A stretch of DNA of 49,051 nucleotides from a virus: positions 1 to 49,051 of the IMG/VR virus record IMGVR_UViG_3300032282_001533; one strand, 5' to 3'. The position numbers and the translations under genes were made by a program. Positions 25,532-35,424 of this stretch are shown here, one piece after another. Position 1 is the first letter of the stretch, and the number at the start of each line of letters is the position of its first letter. The notes under the pieces were generated by a model. That model did no database searches, was not told the origin of the DNA, and worked only from the letters and a program-made list of their open reading frames with translations.

Positions 25532-26631
25532 TGTTATCTAAAGAAGATGCGGTACATTGCACCAAAGTATTTCAAGATTACTTTGGTAGTTTTGATCGTA
25601 TTGACCAATACATGAAAGACCAAAAGTTAAATTCTCTTGCTGAAATACCATCATCATTATTTCCACCTGAAGAAGATTTGTTTTCTGATTTCTCCATGCA
25701 TCCAAACGACATGGATTTGGAAGTTATGGAGATACCATCAGAAACGTGGGAAACATTACTTTCTATTACCAGTTCACATATTAACATTCAACCGGTTGGC
25801 AAACAAATTCGCCTGGCAGTTAAAGAGAAAAACTCAGGAAAGTTCGTAGGTTTCATTCGATTAGGATCACCAGTCATCAACTGTCAACCAAGAAACAAAC
25901 TGCTTGGACAAGTGTTTACACAGCAACCTGAATGGGCTAAACGGTTTAATGATGCTTGCTTGATGGGATTTGTAATTGTACCATCTCAACCTTTTGGTTT
26001 TAATTACTTAGGTGGCAAACTTCTGGCTGCCATTTGTACCAGTCACACAGTTAGAGAAATTGCCAATAAGAAATATGGTATGAATTTGTGTCTATTTGAA
26101 ACTACCAGTTTGTATGGTTCAACAAAACAAGTATCACAATATGATGGCATGAAACCATTTCTGAGATATCAAGGTTTAACTGAATCCGATTTTCTACCAA
26201 TGATGCATGGTAAACCTTATTCCAATTTGGTTGCGTTTGTTGAATCAAAAGTTGGTAAAATTGTTGATGATGATATCTCAAGTCGTAAACTAAAGATTTC
26301 AATGAAAATTATTTCTTTGACAAGGGCTGCTTTGAAAGGCACCTCTGAATTGGCTGCTTTTGATACAACGATTGAGAACGCTAAAAAGTTGACAGAACAA
26401 AAACGTTATTACACATCCGATTATGGGTATAATAACTATATTGATTATATTAATTGTAAAACTGATACCTTGATTCCAGGTCCAAATTATGAGAAGTTTG
26501 AATTGGAAAATATTATTAAGTGGTGGAAGAATAAAGCCACCAATCGTTATGAAACATTAAAAACAGAAGGCCGATTAAGGTCTGAATTAGAAGTTTGGAC
26601 GTCAGGAAAAGACATTCAAATTATTAGATAA
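25528..26631 (+). CDS. DUF4338 / DruA-like protein, copy B
   Basis: IVPSQPFGFNYLGGKLLAAICTSHTVREIANKKYGMNLCLFETTSLYGSTKQVSQYDGM matches copy A at 7484-8758. Confidence 0.6.
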   Translation: MMLSKEDAVHCTKVFQDYFGSFDRIDQYMKDQKLNSLAEIPSSLFPPEEDLFSDFSMHPNDMDLEVMEIPSETWETLLSITSSHINIQPVGKQIRLAVKEKNSGKFVGFIRLGSPVINCQPRNKLLGQVFTQQPEWAKRFNDACLMGFVIVPSQPFGFNYLGGKLLAAICTSHTVREIANKKYGMNLCLFETTSLYGSTKQVSQYDGMKPFLRYQGLTESDFLPMMHGKPYSNLVAFVESKVGKIVDDDISSRKLKISMKIISLTRAALKGTSELAAFDTTIENAKKLTEQKRYYTSDYGYNNYIDYINCKTDTLIPGPNYEKFELENIIKWWKNKATNRYETLKTEGRLRSELEVWTSGKDIQIIR

Positions 26632-26652
26632 ATAGTTTTTTTAAGGTATAAA

Positions 26653-27795
26653 ATGGCCACATCAGGATTATCCTCAGCCGAACTAACTCGCCAACAAGAG
26701 TTGGGTTCTGCTTGGATTTTTAGAAGAGCATTAAAAGACAATGTATTCTATACCAGCTGGCAAGATATTGTGGATGATCCCAAATATAATGAGTTGGGTG
26801 GTCCAAAAGGTATATACCCCTCTGTTGATAAGGACTGGTTACAGACCTTTTATTTACAACAGAAGAAAATGTTAGAAGAATTTGCAAATCCAGGATTTAC
26901 AGAATTCACTAGAGAACACGGTTTTATGCAATACATCACCGATTTGGTTAAAACTGAATTTGGCATTTCTAAAAAAGATGCATGGGATCCAGCGGATATT
27001 TGGTGTGTCAAGAATGAAAATAAAGTTATTTCAGATATCAAAAAAGTAATGAAGGCTGGAAACTTGTCCAGCCTGCAAGAATTAAATGTTTTACTTAGAA
27101 CACTTTTTAAGAAAAGAATCCTGGTTGGAGTATCATTAAAGAAAATTTCTGGTAAACAAGCACGATATGAAGAAATTAATGTCGATGATGGACTAGAATA
27201 TTTAAATAAAGATTATACTTTTGAAGTTAGTAGATTAAAAATTGACCTGTCATTAAAACCAGGTAAAGAAGTTAAATTGAGTACGCAAGATACAACCATT
27301 TTTGTTGACGCTGAAGAAAACGATAAGAAGGTTATCTATAAATATCAAATTACCACAATTAGTAGTTCTCGATTTAATAATTTGAAATGGGAACCAACTG
27401 CCACTTCAGCATCGGCTGCTAGATTAGGTAAAGCACCTGTTGATATGGTATTAGATTCTCTTTCACAGTATGGAGTAACTTTCAGTAATTCACATAAAGA
27501 TTATCCACATTCTGCTGAAGAATTTAAAAAGAAAGAATCAGAATATGTTAAGATGTTTAACCATGTCAAAAAGAAATGTGAAACTGTTATTCAAAGTGAG
27601 GATGACTTTGTAAAGAATCTATCTAAGGTATTCATGGTTGCACCTCAATTGGGCAACACAAAACTCATGCAATTAACCTTTCTATATAAGTTAACTAAAA
27701 TGACAAAAAAAGACATGAATTCTGTCATGACTAAAATTACATTACTCGCACAGAAAAAAGGCGAACAATTTGGACCATTTGGAAAGTTATACTAA
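26653..27795 (+). CDS. Conserved hypothetical, 380 aa
   Basis: Long ORF, TATAAAATG context. Confidence 0.65.
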   Translation: MATSGLSSAELTRQQELGSAWIFRRALKDNVFYTSWQDIVDDPKYNELGGPKGIYPSVDKDWLQTFYLQQKKMLEEFANPGFTEFTREHGFMQYITDLVKTEFGISKKDAWDPADIWCVKNENKVISDIKKVMKAGNLSSLQELNVLLRTLFKKRILVGVSLKKISGKQARYEEINVDDGLEYLNKDYTFEVSRLKIDLSLKPGKEVKLSTQDTTIFVDAEENDKKVIYKYQITTISSSRFNNLKWEPTATSASAARLGKAPVDMVLDSLSQYGVTFSNSHKDYPHSAEEFKKKESEYVKMFNHVKKKCETVIQSEDDFVKNLSKVFMVAPQLGNTKLMQLTFLYKLTKMTKKDMNSVMTKITLLAQKKGEQFGPFGKLY

Positions 27796-27796
27796 A

Positions 27797-28264
27797 ATGA
27801 CATTAGACGATATCGAAATCGCAATATTTAAAGGTAATAAAGGAGTTGACAATTCTTTTGATATAATTTCTCGTTATCTTACAAATAATAAACACAGGCT
27901 AGACGAAACAAAAATTTCAGCAATCAATTACCAAGTTAGACTTGCTAAACAAAAATCAAATGCTGTTGCTGCACAGTTTATCAATCAAGTGTCTATTAAT
28001 AATAGATATCGTGGTTACATTAGTTCCGTAGTACAATCGGGTAAACTAATGAGTGTTTCTGGATCAGCAACAAAAGTTTTAGAAATTGCTGTTCATGACA
28101 GTAATAGGCGAATCTTAGATGCTAAACAACCTGCAACAAGGCGTAACAGAGAATATGAAAAGAATGAGGTTGTAAAATTCTTTCACAATAACTACAATTC
28201 ATTGGTTGCATTATTCGAATTATATAATGCATTTCATGATATAAAACAAGAAATCAATAGGTAA
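27797..28264 (+). CDS. Hypothetical protein
   Basis: ORF, start at MTLDDIEIA. Confidence 0.65.
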   Translation: MTLDDIEIAIFKGNKGVDNSFDIISRYLTNNKHRLDETKISAINYQVRLAKQKSNAVAAQFINQVSINNRYRGYISSVVQSGKLMSVSGSATKVLEIAVHDSNRRILDAKQPATRRNREYEKNEVVKFFHNNYNSLVALFELYNAFHDIKQEINR

Positions 28265-28268
28265 AATT

Positions 28269-28550
28269 ATGGCATTAGTTGACTTTGATAAAGTATTAAG
28301 TGAATATGATGATGGTGATGATGATTTTGGATTTTCAGCAGTAAGTGAAGCAGAATATAATTCAGTTATTAATAAAACAGCCGAAACAGCAGACGATTAT
28401 AAAGTTCGTTTGCAAGAAGTTGAAAAGATGATTATTCCTTTCTTAAAAAAATTACATTCGACCGGAGATAAAGAATACATATATTGGCCGAATCGTAAAC
28501 CTGCCATTGAAAAACAAATAGAAAGAATTTTGAAACTCACTAGAGATTAA
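28269..28550 (+). CDS. Conserved small acidic protein with C-terminal KEYIYWPNRKPAIEKQIERILKLTRD
   Basis: ORF; motif recurs in my memory of T4-like marine phages. Confidence 0.65.
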   Translation: MALVDFDKVLSEYDDGDDDFGFSAVSEAEYNSVINKTAETADDYKVRLQEVEKMIIPFLKKLHSTGDKEYIYWPNRKPAIEKQIERILKLTRD

Positions 28551-28552
28551 TT

Positions 28553-29275
28553 ATGACTGCGACTGTGATTATACCGACCACGGGTTCCCGTGAGTTGTAC
28601 ACTGCTATTGAATCGGTATTGAATCAAACTTATGATACAAAATGTTATATTGTTTGTGACGGACCTGAATTTGTATATGCAGTAAAGAATTTTGTAAGAA
28701 TATTCGAAAAACATCAAAACTATAATAAAATTAGTTTATGTAATCTTCCAATCAATGTCGGTGCCAATGGATTCTATGGACACCGTGTCTATGCAGCATT
28801 CACACACCTTATTGACACCGAATATGTGTTATATCTCGACCAAGATAACTGGTTAGAACAAAACCATGTTGAAGAATGTGTTAAAACAATTGAATCAAAT
28901 AATCTTGACTGGTGTTATTCATTAAGACAGATACACAAAAAAGATGGTAGCTTTGTTTGTTATGATGACTGCGAATCTTTAGGTAAATGGCAAACATATC
29001 ATGGTGTTAATCATATTGATACAAATAGTTATTGCATTAAGACAAAAATTGCGATACACTTAGCAAGTGCATGGCATGGTGGCTGGGGCCAAGATAGAGT
29101 TTTCTTGGGTGCTATTGCAAATCATTTCCCTAAATTTGATTGCACTAAAGAGTATAGTGTCCATTATCGAGTAGATGGTGGCCAAGGTTCTGTTACGGCA
29201 GAGTTTTTTGAAAATGGTAATAAAATAATGTTTGAAAAATATAATGGAGAATACCCATGGCGGAAAAAAGCCTAA
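28553..29275 (+). CDS. GT2-like glycosyltransferase
   Basis: ATVIIPTTGSRELYTAIESVLNQTYDTKCYIVCDG..YVLYLDQDNWLE. Confidence 0.85.
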   Translation: MTATVIIPTTGSRELYTAIESVLNQTYDTKCYIVCDGPEFVYAVKNFVRIFEKHQNYNKISLCNLPINVGANGFYGHRVYAAFTHLIDTEYVLYLDQDNWLEQNHVEECVKTIESNNLDWCYSLRQIHKKDGSFVCYDDCESLGKWQTYHGVNHIDTNSYCIKTKIAIHLASAWHGGWGQDRVFLGAIANHFPKFDCTKEYSVHYRVDGGQGSVTAEFFENGNKIMFEKYNGEYPWRKKA

Positions 29276-30108
29276 TAATTGGTGCAATTACAAATTATGA
29301 TTTTGACAAGGTAGCACCTTGGGTCAAATCAATTAACGAATCTGGTTTTGTTGGTGACAAAGTAATGATTGTCTTTAACTCAACAATGGAAACAGTACAA
29401 CATTTAGTCAACCACGACTTTAAGGTTGTGGTTGTTGGCCAAGAAGATGTTGAGAATAAACAATTTGTTCATAAATCTGGTCTGCCAATTCATGTGGAAA
29501 GATTTTTTCACATCTATAACATACTAAAAGATAACTATGAGAAATATGATTATGTTATTACAACGGATGTTAAAGACATTATCTTTCAAACTAATCCTGT
29601 CGATTGGTTAAAAGAAAACCTCAACGGCAAAAAACTAGTTGCTGGTTCTGAAGCGTTACAGTATAAAAATGAACCGTGGGGTGATGAGAACCTATTACAA
29701 ACTTATGGTGAATATTTTCATCAACAGTTCAGAGATTGTGAAATCTATAATGTTGGAACACTAGGTGGTGATTCTGAATATATGAAAGACTTATGTTTAA
29801 ATATCTTTTTGTCTGCTGTTAATCGTCCAATACCTATTGTAGACCAAGCAGTATTCAATGTGTTGATTCAAACTCAACCATTCAAAGATGTTATTAGGTT
29901 TGCAAAACAACGTGATGGTTGGGCTTGTCAAGCCGGTACTACTGTTGACCCATCGAAGATTGAATCGTTTACTCCACATCTGTTGGAAGAAAAACCTGAC
30001 TTTATTGATGGTGTTGTTTACACTTCTACAGGAAATAAGTTTTGTATTGTTCATCAATATGACCGAGTTCCCGAATGGAGAAAAATTATTGAAGCGAGAT
30101 ACAAATGA
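29257..30108 (+). CDS. Glycosyltransferase-like protein
   Basis: DYVITTDVKDIIFQTNPVDWL..YNVGTLGGDSEYMKDL. Confidence 0.65.
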   Translation: MAEKSLIIGAITNYDFDKVAPWVKSINESGFVGDKVMIVFNSTMETVQHLVNHDFKVVVVGQEDVENKQFVHKSGLPIHVERFFHIYNILKDNYEKYDYVITTDVKDIIFQTNPVDWLKENLNGKKLVAGSEALQYKNEPWGDENLLQTYGEYFHQQFRDCEIYNVGTLGGDSEYMKDLCLNIFLSAVNRPIPIVDQAVFNVLIQTQPFKDVIRFAKQRDGWACQAGTTVDPSKIESFTPHLLEEKPDFIDGVVYTSTGNKFCIVHQYDRVPEWRKIIEARYK

Positions 30109-31106
30109 AAATTTTTATTACTGGTGTAGCAGGTTTCTTAGGCAGTCATCTTGCTGATAGAATGTTGGAGTTAGGCCATGAGGTTGTTGGCAACGATACC
30201 TTAATTGGTGGTTATCTTGATAATGTGCCTAAAGGCGTTGAGTTCTATGAAGCAGACTGTTGTGATACTCCAAGAATGACTTACATTATGGAAGGTTGTG
30301 ATGTTGTAATTCATGCAGCTGCAACCGCACACGAAGGCCTTTCTGTATTCAGTCCTAGTTTCATTACAAGAAATATTTTTGAAGCCTCTGTTGCAACCAT
30401 TTCAGCAGCAATTCAAAACAATGTTAAGCGATTTGTATATTGCACCTCAATGGCAAGATATGGTGAACAACAAACTCCTTTCACCGAAGATATGAAACCT
30501 CAACCCGTGGATCCTTATGGCATTGCTAAAGTTGCTAGTGAAGAAGTCTTAAAAGTATTATGTGAAACTCACGGCATGGAGTGGAATATTGCTGTGCCAC
30601 ATAATATTATTGGACCAAGACAAAGATTTGACGATCCATTTCGAAATGTTATGAGTATTATGATTAATCGTAACCTTAGAGGTAAACCCGCAATCATCTA
30701 TGGTGATGGTTTACAAACCAGATGTTTCTCTTATGTTGGTGACTGCATTAACTGTTTAGAGAAGATGGCGTTAGATCCAAACATCGTTTCTGAAATTATC
30801 AATATTGGTCCGGATGAAGGAACAATTACAGTTAAAGAGTTATCCAATTTGGTGGCTAAAGAAACTGGATTTGAAGGTGAAGCAATTCATATTGAAGATA
30901 GACCAAGAGAAGTCAAACATGCATCTTGTTCTGCCGATAAGGCCAGAAAATTGTTAGATTATGAAACAAAAACTGTTCTAGAAAAAGGTATTCAAGAAAC
31001 CGTTGATTATATTAAAACGAAAGGTGCCAGAGAATTTGATTATTCTTATCCGCTAGAAATCATTTCCGATAAAACACCAAAAACATGGAAAGACAGGATA
31101 ATGTAA
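30105..31106 (+). CDS. NAD-dependent sugar epimerase/dehydratase
   Basis: IFITGVAGFLGSHLADRMLELGHEVVGNDTL; IYGDGLQTRCFSYVGD; the SDR catalytic Tyr is expected near CTSMARYGEQ. Confidence 0.92.
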   Translation: MKIFITGVAGFLGSHLADRMLELGHEVVGNDTLIGGYLDNVPKGVEFYEADCCDTPRMTYIMEGCDVVIHAAATAHEGLSVFSPSFITRNIFEASVATISAAIQNNVKRFVYCTSMARYGEQQTPFTEDMKPQPVDPYGIAKVASEEVLKVLCETHGMEWNIAVPHNIIGPRQRFDDPFRNVMSIMINRNLRGKPAIIYGDGLQTRCFSYVGDCINCLEKMALDPNIVSEIINIGPDEGTITVKELSNLVAKETGFEGEAIHIEDRPREVKHASCSADKARKLLDYETKTVLEKGIQETVDYIKTKGAREFDYSYPLEIISDKTPKTWKDRIM

Positions 31107-31828
31107 TGGCAACAATTGGTTTTTTTAACTGCGTATCAACTCAACCAAGAGCAACTGAATTATCCGTAAAGTCTATTCGTGAGTTTCATCCCGATAGTTT
31201 TTTCATGATTGCTTGTGATGGTGGACCAGATTACTATGATTTGTGTAAGAAATACAATATTGAATATTATCATTCACAAAAGAATCTGAGTTATCCCGTT
31301 CAACCATTTGGTTACAGAAAAGAAAAGATACTGGAATGGTTGAGTAGATTTTATATTGCTTGTATTAAAACAGATACAACGCACTTAATGATGGTAGAAG
31401 ATGATGTAGTTTTGGTTAAACCGGTAACAGTCGAAGATGAATGGGAAGTTGCTGGTCATCCAACAACACACGCAAATCTATTTCATCCTAAGTTTACAGA
31501 TATGATTCGTGATTACTCAAATATAGAACCGGATGTCCAAGGTTATGGTGCAGGCGGTGGTTCAATATTTAAAGTACAAACCTTTATTGACAACTACTTT
31601 GGTGTAACAAAATTCATCAAAGAAAATGCTGACTACATACAGGATAACATTTATCCTACGATGGGTTGGATGGATTGTTATATGACATATTATTATTTGT
31701 TATGTGGTAAAAAGTATACGAACAATCCATATTTGTTCAATATCTGGCCAACAGATAAAAATTATGATATTAAAAATGTACCTTCTGAAATGGAAATAGT
31801 TCACAACTATAAAAATTATTATGTATAA
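31106..31828 (+). CDS. Glycosyltransferase-like protein (GT-A)
   Basis: MATIGFFNCVSTQPRATELSVKSIREFHPDSFFMIACDGG..HLMMVEDDVVLVKP. Confidence 0.7.
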   Translation: MATIGFFNCVSTQPRATELSVKSIREFHPDSFFMIACDGGPDYYDLCKKYNIEYYHSQKNLSYPVQPFGYRKEKILEWLSRFYIACIKTDTTHLMMVEDDVVLVKPVTVEDEWEVAGHPTTHANLFHPKFTDMIRDYSNIEPDVQGYGAGGGSIFKVQTFIDNYFGVTKFIKENADYIQDNIYPTMGWMDCYMTYYYLLCGKKYTNNPYLFNIWPTDKNYDIKNVPSEMEIVHNYKNYYV

Positions 31829-32459
31829 CAATTACACATCAGTTGCACCCGGTCATCTATTTCAAATTGTAAAAACGGGTGATGGTCCTGATTACAGCGA
31901 AATATATTCAAAAACAAGATATGACCAATATCCAACAACAGATAGTATGTCACAGTTGAGATATAGTTTAATTGAAAAACACATTGGTTCAATCAAATCT
32001 ATTTGTGATTTTGGTTATGGTAATGGTAGTTTCTTAAAGTATTGTCATATTGAAGGACTAAAAACTTATGGATATGATATTTCAAATTATGAATTACCAA
32101 CATATGTAACCAAAGTAGACGATCCTGATACTGTTGAAGTTGATGTAATGACATTTTTTGATTCATTAGAACATTTAAATATTGAAGATTTAGTTCCTGT
32201 ATTACAATCCAAAAAAGTAAAGTATTTTATAATCTCAGTTCCATGGTACCATGAATCTTGTGGTGAAGAATGGTTTGTGAATTGGAAACATAGACGAGAA
32301 AACGAGCACTTTCATCATTTTGATTCTAATGGTTTAATAAAATTATTGTCTGATGTTGATTGCAAAATTCTTCATGTTGGTAATGATGAAGATAAAATTA
32401 GAACTCCTTTTAGTGATTTACCTAACATACTAACTATTGTGGCGAAAAAAAATGATTGA
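31821..32459 (+). CDS. Class I SAM-dependent methyltransferase-like, copy 1
   Basis: SICDFGYGNGSFLKYCHIEGLKTYGYDIS; VMTFFDSLEHL. Confidence 0.8.
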   Translation: MYNNYTSVAPGHLFQIVKTGDGPDYSEIYSKTRYDQYPTTDSMSQLRYSLIEKHIGSIKSICDFGYGNGSFLKYCHIEGLKTYGYDISNYELPTYVTKVDDPDTVEVDVMTFFDSLEHLNIEDLVPVLQSKKVKYFIISVPWYHESCGEEWFVNWKHRRENEHFHHFDSNGLIKLLSDVDCKILHVGNDEDKIRTPFSDLPNILTIVAKKND

Positions 32460-33087
32460 TAATTATTATATGATTGAACCAGGACATTGGTTTCAAAAAA
32501 AACAAACTGGTGAGATTATGAAGTATGATACTCAATATATGGAGTATTACACCAAAATGAATCTTGCTATGTCTAAATTAAGATTTGATTTGTTAGACAA
32601 ATACACTTCATTCGATTCAATTTGCGACTTTGGTTATGGTGATGGTAAATTTTTAGAATATTGCAAACACCAAAGCGTTTCTAAATGTTATGGCCACGAC
32701 ATTTCTAATTTTCCATTACCACAAGGTGTGGAGTTTGTATCAAAGTTAGACATATATAAAATGCAATTTGATGTTGTTACCTTTTTTGATTCTATTGAAC
32801 ATATTCCACATCCTAACGTTCACGACCTGTTAAGTGCTTTACAAACAAAGTATATTATGATATCATTACCTTGGATGCACGAATCTATGGGTGCGGAATG
32901 GTTTAGAACATGGAAACACAGAAAAGAAAATGAACACTTTCATCATTTTGATTCTCACGGTTTGATTAAGTTAGTACATAAAGCTGGATTTACGCCAATA
33001 CATATTTGCAACCATGAAGATGAAATTCGTAAGCCTGTTTCAAATCTTCCAAACATTTTAACTATTATTGCAAAAAAAGATGAATGA
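32452..33087 (+). CDS. Class I SAM-dependent methyltransferase-like, copy 2 (tandem paralog)
   Basis: SICDFGYGDGKFLEYCKHQSVSKCYGHDIS; VVTFFDSIEHI; colinear with the preceding protein. Confidence 0.8.
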   Translation: MIDNYYMIEPGHWFQKKQTGEIMKYDTQYMEYYTKMNLAMSKLRFDLLDKYTSFDSICDFGYGDGKFLEYCKHQSVSKCYGHDISNFPLPQGVEFVSKLDIYKMQFDVVTFFDSIEHIPHPNVHDLLSALQTKYIMISLPWMHESMGAEWFRTWKHRKENEHFHHFDSHGLIKLVHKAGFTPIHICNHEDEIRKPVSNLPNILTIIAKKDE

Positions 33088-33877
33088 TATTACAATCGTA
33101 ACCGCCTTCTTTGACATTGGTCGTGGTGATTGGACTCCTGACAAAGGACTACCTCACTATCTACAAAGAACCACCGACACATATCTAGAAAGATTTGGTC
33201 ATATGGCCAAACTAGAAAACAAAATGGTTGTTTATACTTCTAAAGATATGGCAAATAAAGTTCGTGAATTCCGTGAAGATAGGCCTACAGACATCTTAAC
33301 ATTAGATTTTCCAAATAGTTTTAAAAAGTTGCGTGAAGAAATTATAAAAGTTCAGACTAATGCTGAATATCAAAGTAAAATAAATCCTACTCAAGTGAAA
33401 AATCCAGAATACTGGAATGCTGATTATGTTCTTGTCAATGCTTTAAAATCTTCTTTTGTCAAAAGAGCTTTGCCTATGATTGAAGATGAATTAGTTGCTT
33501 GGCTTGATTTTGGTTATTGCCGTACCGAAGAAACATTAAATGGTGTAACAAACTGGCAGTATCCATTTGACAAGAATAAGATTCACTTGTTTAATATCAA
33601 AGAATGGAAAGAAGGAACATTCATTCAGGATGTAATTGCCAATAATGATGTTCATATGACTGGTCCTTGTATTGTTGCAGGACGAGATATGTGGCCTCAA
33701 ATGGAAGCACTTGTTCATCATAGTATTGATGAATTGTTTAAAAATAATTTAATCGATGATGATCAAACACTATTATTAATGTCGTATCTTTCTAAACCCG
33801 AATTATTTGAATTACATCCTGTATCTAACCAGGATTGGTTCATTGCTTTTAAGGATTATAATGAAAATCTATCTTAA
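33080..33877 (+). CDS. HtrL/YibB-like protein
   Basis: NDITIVTAFFDIGRGDWTPDKGLPHYLQRTTDTYLERF..VAWLDFGYCR. Confidence 0.75.
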   Translation: MNDITIVTAFFDIGRGDWTPDKGLPHYLQRTTDTYLERFGHMAKLENKMVVYTSKDMANKVREFREDRPTDILTLDFPNSFKKLREEIIKVQTNAEYQSKINPTQVKNPEYWNADYVLVNALKSSFVKRALPMIEDELVAWLDFGYCRTEETLNGVTNWQYPFDKNKIHLFNIKEWKEGTFIQDVIANNDVHMTGPCIVAGRDMWPQMEALVHHSIDELFKNNLIDDDQTLLLMSYLSKPELFELHPVSNQDWFIAFKDYNENLS

Positions 33878-34601
33878 CGGAACCGCCAACCTTGGTGACT
33901 TCTTAAACGGATTACCCGTCTTATCAGGTATTAATAAATCGTATGGCAAATTTGACCTCATCATTCGAAACGAAATGAAAAAGTTTAAAGGACTAAAAGA
34001 GTTCTTAATTTATCAAGATATTTTTAGTAGTGTTGATTTTGATGCTGACCTTTTCTTTACAGGTGCAACTCAAATGAGTAGTTGGCCAATCAGAGAAGAT
34101 AAAAGTGATTTGAATCGTCCAATTGAAACTTGTCGATATGAAAATTTTATGAAAGACAATCACCATATGAAATTTCAAGTGGATGATGATTTCATAATAA
34201 AAACGCCAGAGTATGATATTACTATAAAAGACACATACTATGTTGGTGACCGTTGGGCTGTAGGCAACATCGATGACCGCAGAGCAACACATACTTTAAG
34301 TTATTTAAAAAATTGTGAGTTTATTAATTACGATAATGATTTACTAATGAATGCCTACATCATCAAGAACAGCACCAAACCTCTCATTGCAAGTCTTAGT
34401 GGTGTTTCTGTATTAGCAGATTTATTGAACAAAGATGGTTATGTTATTTGGAAAGCAGAAGATTGGAATACTGAGTTTAGGAAAGGCGATAATATTTCTT
34501 GGGATAATGGAAAAGATATTAATACAATCTTTGAAAAACATTTTTACAAGAATAGAAAGATGAAATTATTACATGAAAAAGATTTGAAAGATATACTATG
34601 A
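33861..34601 (+). CDS. Heptosyltransferase/GT9-like protein
   Basis: MKIYLNGTANLGDFLNGLPVLSGI..; C-terminal LIASLSGVSVLADLLNKDGYV. Confidence 0.6.
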   Translation: MKIYLNGTANLGDFLNGLPVLSGINKSYGKFDLIIRNEMKKFKGLKEFLIYQDIFSSVDFDADLFFTGATQMSSWPIREDKSDLNRPIETCRYENFMKDNHHMKFQVDDDFIIKTPEYDITIKDTYYVGDRWAVGNIDDRRATHTLSYLKNCEFINYDNDLLMNAYIIKNSTKPLIASLSGVSVLADLLNKDGYVIWKAEDWNTEFRKGDNISWDNGKDINTIFEKHFYKNRKMKLLHEKDLKDIL

Positions 34602-35299
34602 TTATCAATATTGTACCTGGAACTTTTGGTGGACCTCTTCGAAACGGAGATATGATTGGACTATTGAATGTGGTCGAACATCTCAGAAAGCAGGATCCAA
34701 CGATTAAATTGCATATGAGAGAGAATACAATATCTAATGTTGATTATTGTAAAAAGATGTTCCAATTTTTAGTAGACAAAACCGATTATTTCTCACTAGA
34801 ACCAGGAGAAAAAGATTTAGCATGGAGAAAAATCAATCTTTGGGACTTCAGAGATATCTCGGGTGACGTTGGTGTAATCAAGAATACAGAAACTAAAACT
34901 AAAAAAATTGTTATTTTTCCTCTGTTTGATGCACCATACAATACTTATCGCAACTGGCCTCAACCTGTGTTTCAATCAATCCTTGCAGATATCGACAAAG
35001 ATGAGAAATACAACGATTATGAAAAGGTCTTGTGCCATGTTACACCATTGAATATTAGTGGTTGGAAAGACAGTACCGACTTCATTGAGAATTTATACCA
35101 CATTATGACTGCGGAAGTCTTTATTGGTGCGGAAACTGGTTCTGCTGTCTTTGCCTCTGCACTTGACAAACCACCACAAAACCTGATATACTATTATTCC
35201 AGTAGAGGATTGATACATACATTGCCATTTAATGTTTTAAAAGGCAAGGGTGAACTCAAAACCTATTGGGGTAACTTTGAAGGTACCACCTGGCAGTAA
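34598..35299 (+). CDS. GT9-like glycosyltransferase-like protein
   Basis: GGPLRNGDMIGLLNVVEHL..HIMTAEVFIGAETGSAVFASALDKPPQNLIYYYS. Confidence 0.6.
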   Translation: MIINIVPGTFGGPLRNGDMIGLLNVVEHLRKQDPTIKLHMRENTISNVDYCKKMFQFLVDKTDYFSLEPGEKDLAWRKINLWDFRDISGDVGVIKNTETKTKKIVIFPLFDAPYNTYRNWPQPVFQSILADIDKDEKYNDYEKVLCHVTPLNISGWKDSTDFIENLYHIMTAEVFIGAETGSAVFASALDKPPQNLIYYYSSRGLIHTLPFNVLKGKGELKTYWGNFEGTTWQ

Positions 35300-35323
35300 A
35301 ATCCAACAATTTTGATGACTATG

Positions 35324-35359
35324 TATCTAACCCAATCTTTCAACGGTTTGAGTTAGATA
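35324..35359. repeat. Inverted repeat TATCTAAC..GTTAGATA (8 bp, 20-nt loop)
   Basis: Direct reading, between the sugar island and the late promoter. Confidence 0.6.
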
Positions 35360-35371
35360 GGTGAAATGTTG

Positions 35372-35379
35372 TATAAATA
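35372..35379 (+). promoter_or_regulatory. Exact T4-type late promoter box TATAAATA
   Basis: gttgTATAAATAagtaaa, about 45 nt upstream of ATG 35425; gp55 is encoded in this genome. Confidence 0.8.
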
Positions 35380-35424
35380 AGTAAATCGGCAACCATAGTG
35401 TGTTGCAAGCCTAGAAGGAAAACA

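Noticed and set aside
34005-34292. 95-aa minus-strand ORF opposite the GT9-like gene
   Set aside because: Antisense of a packed glycosyltransferase gene; no independent support.
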